From Candidatus Hydrothermarchaeota archaeon (GTDB taxonomy: Archaea; CAYFZR01): a stretch of 64,000 bases of DNA. The notes beneath the pieces were generated by a model that worked only from the letters and a program-made list of their open reading frames with translations, searched no databases and was not told the DNA's origin. Positions within the stretch are counted from its first letter, which is position 1. Each line of letters starts with the position of its first letter. The translations under genes and the position numbers were made by a program. The stretch covers positions 23,111 through 87,110 of the forward strand of contig JBHIEG010000004.1 of assembly GCA_046760505.1 (NCBI GenBank). The letters run 5' to 3'. This document shows positions 59,511 through 64,000 of this stretch, one piece after another.

Positions 59511-60239
59511 TTAACCAAACAGCCCAGTGCCGTACATTATTAGCAAAGCAATCAACAGGCCAAATATCGCGAAAGTTTCAGACATAACTGCCAATACAAT
59601 GCTTTTTCCCATTGTAGCGGGCTCTTTTGCAGCCGCTCCTATTCCACTTGCCGCAGTTATTCCCTGTCCTATTCCCGATAGTCCTGCTAGCCCTACAGAA
59701 GCACCTGCTCCAATTGTTGCGAGTCCTACCATGGGTGAGAGTGCTTTACCCATCGTACCTATGATACCAGCGAAAACAAGCAATAGTATAGCCGTGAGTA
59801 ACCCATAGATTGCCTGGGTCTCAGGCAATACGGAGAATACCATTCCCTTACCGAATACCTCTGGATTCTCTGATGTTGCCCCTATTCCACTTGCCGCTGC
59901 TATTCCTTGTCCTATGGCAGATAAACCTGCCATACCAACTCCTATTCCTGCTCCAAGAGATGCCATAGCCATAAGAGCGGAAAAACCCTCTCTTGGAGCC
60001 TTCGTTATTAGTCCAGTCCCTAGAAGTATTAATATCGCTGTCAATAATCCATAAATGGCTTGAGTTTGTGGCAGCGCTGAGAATACGATTGTTACGCCAA
60101 ATTTCTCTGGGCTCTCCGATATCACGGTGGCTCCTGCAGCCCCAGTTATACCTACACCAATTCCAGATCCTACCGCTGCAATTCCCATTGCAAGACCTGC
60201 TCCAACTGCTGCAAGAGCGAGATTAACATCCAATGGCAT
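59511..60239 (-). CDS. atpK: A/V-type ATPase subunit K/c, three hairpins, two Na+-type sites
   Basis: LPQTQAIYG, LPETQAIYG, MSETFAIFG; IGQG in hairpins 2 and 3. Confidence 0.93.
   Translation of the reverse strand: MPLDVNLALAAVGAGLAMGIAAVGSGIGVGITGAAGATVISESPEKFGVTIVFSALPQTQAIYGLLTAILILLGTGLITKAPREGFSALMAMASLGAGIGVGMAGLSAIGQGIAAASGIGATSENPEVFGKGMVFSVLPETQAIYGLLTAILLLVFAGIIGTMGKALSPMVGLATIGAGASVGLAGLSGIGQGITAASGIGAAAKEPATMGKSIVLAVMSETFAIFGLLIALLIMYGTGLFG
59777..59855 (-). repeat. 79-bp exact block shared (inverted) with 63442..63520
   Basis: The reverse complement TTCGGTAAGGGAATGGTATTCTCC..CTATTGCTTG is identical in both K genes. Confidence 0.9.
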
Positions 60240-60362
60240 ATTTTCATTCCCCCGTTACGGCAGATGTTGTTACAAACAGTTCACAAAATTTATATTATTA
60301 AAGATTTCGGAGTAAAATTAAAGATTGTAGTAAAAAAATTAGAACATAATGTTGTAAAAAAA

Positions 60363-60572
60363 TTAAATATCCAATGAGAGAATCCTTTTGATCCCTATGA
60401 AGAATCCAAACAACAATCCTATAGTTAGACCTAAAACAGTTTGAATTTCACCGAACTTTCTCCCGATAAAATATCCCAAAAATGTGCAAATTACAATGGT
60501 GAATGCTAATTCCGTTCCGATTGTTATTCCCCTTATCCAAGTTATGGTTTTTTTGTCTGGTCTAGAGGCCAC
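60363..60572 (-). CDS. AtpZ/AtpQ (ATP synthase gene 1)-like two-TM protein
   Basis: IGTELAFTIVICTFLGYFIGRKFG..GLLFGFFIG. Confidence 0.75.
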   Translation of the reverse strand: MASRPDKKTITWIRGITIGTELAFTIVICTFLGYFIGRKFGEIQTVLGLTIGLLFGFFIGIKRILSLDI

Positions 60573-60661
60573 TTTTATCCCGCTCTATAACTCTTTTATG
60601 GGCGATAAAATATAAATACCCATTCAATAAATTACAACGTAGAAGAGACGGGGGCTTAACA

Positions 60662-60976
60662 GTGGTTGTAGAGGCATTGATGACCATAAAAAAAGTCGAA
60701 AATGAGTGTCTAAAGAAAATAGAAGACGCAGAAAAGGAAGCAGAAAGAATGATTGAAAATGCTGAGATAGAAGCTTCTGACATGCTCAAAAAGGCTGAAG
60801 AAGAGGCAAAAGATCATGTAAGGAAATTAATCGAAAAAGCGAGAGAGGAAGCAGAGGAAGAAGCCTCAAAAATACTCAAAGAGGGTGAAAAAGAGTCAGA
60901 AGAATTAAAAAAAAGAGCTATTAGAAAACTCGATGAGGCCGTTGATGCAATAATAAAGCCAGTTCTTGGACTTTGA
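60662..60976 (+). CDS. atpH: A/V-type ATPase subunit H (G-like peripheral stalk)
   Basis: E/K/A-rich coiled coil ending LDEAVDAII; directly before a subunit I gene. Confidence 0.85.
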   Translation: MVVEALMTIKKVENECLKKIEDAEKEAERMIENAEIEASDMLKKAEEEAKDHVRKLIEKAREEAEEEASKILKEGEKESEELKKRAIRKLDEAVDAIIKPVLGL

Positions 60977-60997
60977 ATATTGTTCAGAGGGAAATCT

Positions 60998-63046
60998 ATG
61001 TTTAGACCAGCGAGAATGCAAAAATTAAAAGTAGTTACTTTAGACGTGTACAAACACGATCTTGTAAGGAACCTTCATGAACTGGGAACTGTCCAACTCT
61101 ATGATCTTTCTGATAAAGTTTCGGCACCTGATTTGGCAAAGATCGTTAGAAAAGATGAACCCTCGGAAATCGGCCGCAAGGTTTCCCCCCTTCTCATGAG
61201 GATCGGAAGGGTTTTATCTATTTTTGAGTCTGCCAAACCAGAACAAAAAATAAATCCTATAAAAGCATTTTTTGCTCCTAATGAGCCCAAAAAAATAAAA
61301 ATTAAAAAGAGGGAGCCTGAGGAATTAATTGAAGAAACAAACAAAATATTGAATGATATCGAGCCGTTAGTTCAAGAACTTGAGAGAAACTTGAATTCTT
61401 TAGAAGAGAGAGGAGAACAGATTGATGCTCTTCTCAAAGTGATGGACGAGTTAAAACACATAGATGTGAATTTAGAGTTACTCTATGATGGTCCTTATGT
61501 ATCTATCTTATGTGGGTCGTTGCCCGCTGGCAAGGACTTAACCAACGTAATACTCGCCGAAGCAAACGGTGAAGCAATAACGAAAACAAAAATAATCGAC
61601 GAAGAGCATGCTATACTGGTGGTTGCCGTTTCTAAGGAGTATCTCGAAAATGTTAGTGAAGTTTTGAGAAGAGCGGGATTTGAGGCGTTTGAATTACCTT
61701 CTGGTCTAAGAGGCCATCCTTCCAAGGTAACTTCAGATTTAAAGGAAGAATTGATTGAAATAAACTCAAAAAAAGATAAAATCCTTTCCGAGATAAGAGA
61801 ACTGTCTGATAATTGGGAGGATAAATTGCTGGCAATTCAAGAAGAACTTACGATAGAGAAGGAGAGAGGAGAAGTAAGTATGAACTTCTTGAAGACTGAA
61901 AATGCCTTTATGTTGGAAGCATGGGTTACTGCAAAGAACTCTCCGGAAACTGTGAGGAAAATAGAGCATATAACGGATGGACATTGTGTAATCGAAATTT
62001 CAAATCCGATTAATGAGCCTGTAGAGGAGATTCCCGTACTCTTTGATAATCCAAAGATATTCAGGCCTTTTGAACTCTTAACCGAAACTTTTTCACCTCC
62101 AAGATACGATGAAATCGATCCTACGATAATATTTGCGATTGCATTTCTAATCTTTTATGGCTTGATGCTTTCTGATGCTTTTTACGGTATCATAATAGGA
62201 TTGATAGGTTTTGGACTTTTCAGAGGGGCTGGAAAATACAATATGGGAGTAAGAAAGTTCAGCGTAATACTAATGTCCGCAGGAGCCAGCACGGTGGTTA
62301 TAGGAGCCTTGTTGGGAGGTTGGCTGGGAGATCTACCAACAAGGTTGCATGAGGCGGGAATAATCCCTTTTAAGATACCCGCGATATGGTTTGAACCTCT
62401 TGGAAAAGAAAATATAAGTTTTCTTGGAACGGTTCAGAGCCCCCTAGTTGTTTTTCTTTTAACGGCATTGATATTCGGGCTTATCCACATAAATATTGGA
62501 GTTCTAATAGGTCTCTACCTCTCCGTAAAAAGGAAGCGATATATGGAGGCGGTAAGCGAACATTTGTGGTTATGGTTTTTCCAACCGGGCATGTACGTGC
62601 TGGTGACCTCCACGTTGTTTGGTTTGGAGTTTAGCCCTTTCATAAAGAAAATTGCAGTCCTAATAACAATAGTATCTCTGTTGATGCTTTTGGTTAGACC
62701 AGAATTCCCTTACATAGATCCAATGGGCTTTTTTGATATTACGGGTTATATAGGTGACTTTTTATCCTATGCAAGGTTACTTGCATTAGGATTGGCCACT
62801 GGAGGAATTGCTATGACGGTAAACATGCTTGCCGGAATGGTAAAAGCAACTCCTTATATTGGATTGATATTAATGGTAATAGTATTCATCGTGGGTCACA
62901 CATTTAACATGGCGATGAACGGACTTGGAGCCTTTGTTCATTCGCTTAGGTTACACTACGTAGAATTCTTCGGAAAATTTTATGAGGGCGGCGGCAAAAG
63001 ATTCACGCCCTTTAAAGTAAATCGAGAGGTTACAGTAGTGGAATAG
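60998..63046 (+). CDS. atpI: A/V-type ATPase subunit I (a), paralog 3 (probable main operon)
   Basis: MFRPARMQKL, GLMLSDAFYG, SYARLLALGLATGGIA, HSLRLHYVEFFGKFYEGGG. Confidence 0.95.
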   Translation: MFRPARMQKLKVVTLDVYKHDLVRNLHELGTVQLYDLSDKVSAPDLAKIVRKDEPSEIGRKVSPLLMRIGRVLSIFESAKPEQKINPIKAFFAPNEPKKIKIKKREPEELIEETNKILNDIEPLVQELERNLNSLEERGEQIDALLKVMDELKHIDVNLELLYDGPYVSILCGSLPAGKDLTNVILAEANGEAITKTKIIDEEHAILVVAVSKEYLENVSEVLRRAGFEAFELPSGLRGHPSKVTSDLKEELIEINSKKDKILSEIRELSDNWEDKLLAIQEELTIEKERGEVSMNFLKTENAFMLEAWVTAKNSPETVRKIEHITDGHCVIEISNPINEPVEEIPVLFDNPKIFRPFELLTETFSPPRYDEIDPTIIFAIAFLIFYGLMLSDAFYGIIIGLIGFGLFRGAGKYNMGVRKFSVILMSAGASTVVIGALLGGWLGDLPTRLHEAGIIPFKIPAIWFEPLGKENISFLGTVQSPLVVFLLTALIFGLIHINIGVLIGLYLSVKRKRYMEAVSEHLWLWFFQPGMYVLVTSTLFGLEFSPFIKKIAVLITIVSLLMLLVRPEFPYIDPMGFFDITGYIGDFLSYARLLALGLATGGIAMTVNMLAGMVKATPYIGLILMVIVFIVGHTFNMAMNGLGAFVHSLRLHYVEFFGKFYEGGGKRFTPFKVNREVTVVE

Positions 63047-63057
63047 GAGGAGTTGAT

Positions 63058-64000
63058 ATGCCAATGAACCCAAATGTTGCCCTTGCAGCTGTAGGAGCAG
63101 GTCTTGCAATGGGACTCTCTGGTATTGGATCTGGAATTGGTGTAGGTATAACTGGGGCTGCTGGAACCGGTGTAATAGCTGAGGATCCCGGTAAATTTGG
63201 CACGGCTATTGTATTTCAGGCACTGCCACAAACTCAAGCCATTTATGGATTATTGACAGCGATATTAATACTTCTCGGAACCGGTTTACTGGCGGGAGCG
63301 CCAAAAACAGATTTCAATTTATTAATGGGTCTTGCCTCTTTGGGAGCAGGAATAGGAGTTGGTATGGCAGGTTTGTCTGCCATAGGACAGGGGATAGCAG
63401 CGGCAAGTGGAGTTGGAATTACAGCAGAGGCGCCGGAGATGTTCGGTAAGGGAATGGTATTCTCCGTATTGCCTGAGACCCAGGCAATCTATGGGTTACT
63501 CACGGCTATACTATTGCTTGCCTCTACCGGCGTCCTCGCCGGCGCAGGAAAAGTAGCACCTTACGAAGATTTTTACTTCCTTGCGGGCCTAGCTGGTGTA
63601 GGCGCAGGAGTTGCAGTAGGTTTAGCAGGCTTATCTGCCATAGGACAGGGGATAGCGGCCTCAGCAGGCATTGGAGCCTCCAGAGAAGTACCTGAAATAT
63701 TCGGTAAGGGAATGGTATTCTCCGTATTGCCTGAGACCCAAGCAATCTATGGGTTGCTGATTGCCATACTGCTACTAGTATTTTCAGGACTTTTAGGAAC
63801 GATTAAAGAGATTTCTCCCTTGGTTGGAGTTGCTTTAATCGGAGCAGGTGCTTCTGTAGGATTAGCGGGACTATCGGGAATAGGACAGGGAATAACTGCT
63901 GCCGGAGGAATCGGTGCGGCTGCAAAAGAGCCCGCTACAATGGGTAAAAGTCTAGTCCTCTCGGTAATGTCCGAGACGTTCGCGATATTTGGCCTGTTAA
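63058..64000 (+). CDS. atpK: A/V-type ATPase subunit K/c, four hairpins, three Na+-type sites (3' end outside window; not in ORF track)
   Basis: Hand translation of 314 open codons from ATG 63058 (GGAGGAG RBS): LPQTQAIYG, LPETQAIYG, LPETQAIYG, MSETFAIFG. Confidence 0.92.
   Translation, partial: MPMNPNVALAAVGAGLAMGLSGIGSGIGVGITGAAGTGVIAEDPGKFGTAIVFQALPQTQAIYGLLTAILILLGTGLLAGAPKTDFNLLMGLASLGAGIGVGMAGLSAIGQGIAAASGVGITAEAPEMFGKGMVFSVLPETQAIYGLLTAILLLASTGVLAGAGKVAPYEDFYFLAGLAGVGAGVAVGLAGLSAIGQGIAASAGIGASREVPEIFGKGMVFSVLPETQAIYGLLIAILLLVFSGLLGTIKEISPLVGVALIGAGASVGLAGLSGIGQGITAAGGIGAAAKEPATMGKSLVLSVMSETFAIFGLL
63442..63740 (+). repeat. 41-bp exact direct repeat within the 4-hairpin K gene
   Basis: TTCGGTAAGGGAATGGTATTCTCCGTATTGCCTGAGACCCA at 63442 and 63700 (258 bp = 86 codons apart). 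Confidence 0.9.

Noticed and set aside
62980-63745. Minus-strand ORFs 62980..63237 and 63524..63745
   Set aside because: They are antisense to the real 4-hairpin K gene, which the ORF track missed because it has no stop codon inside the window.

Overview
AT-rich, gene-dense archaeal chromosome segment. Markers include psmB, rpoL, csl4, archaeal secFD, an ATP-dependent ligase and A/V-type ATP synthase genes. The csl4-DUF2067-rpoL order and the N-terminally anchored ATPase C subunits resemble Thermococci/Methanomada-type euryarchaea, but the lineage cannot be fixed from sequence alone. The most striking feature is a set of four A/V-ATPase membrane-sector modules. Their rotor (K/c) subunits form a ladder of 1, 2, 3 and 4 helical hairpins: one H+-type, plus Na+-type subunits with 1, 2 and 3 predicted ion sites. 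They come with three I(a) paralogs, two C(d) paralogs (one fused to a winged-helix domain), AtpZ-like small membrane proteins and dedicated regulators. This is a candidate gear-shifting ATP synthase. The 4-hairpin gene runs off the window end, is missing from the ORF track, and shares exact DNA blocks in inverted orientation with the 3-hairpin gene. The second highlight is a tightly coupled eight-gene operon: methanogenesis marker 11, a radical SAM enzyme, a Cys-rich protein, aksA/D/E/F-like genes and a TPP enzyme. It may hold the unassigned late steps of coenzyme B-type biosynthesis. Also present are cobamide genes, larC, a ~10-heme cytochrome c, an ECF Ni/Co transporter with a NikR-like operator, two tRNAs (Arg-CCT overlapping the psmB stop codon; Ile2-CAT), a small accessory region after the tRNA, and several unannotated small ORFs. 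No CRISPR array, rRNA or intact transposase was seen. All family calls come from motif recognition, not database searches.
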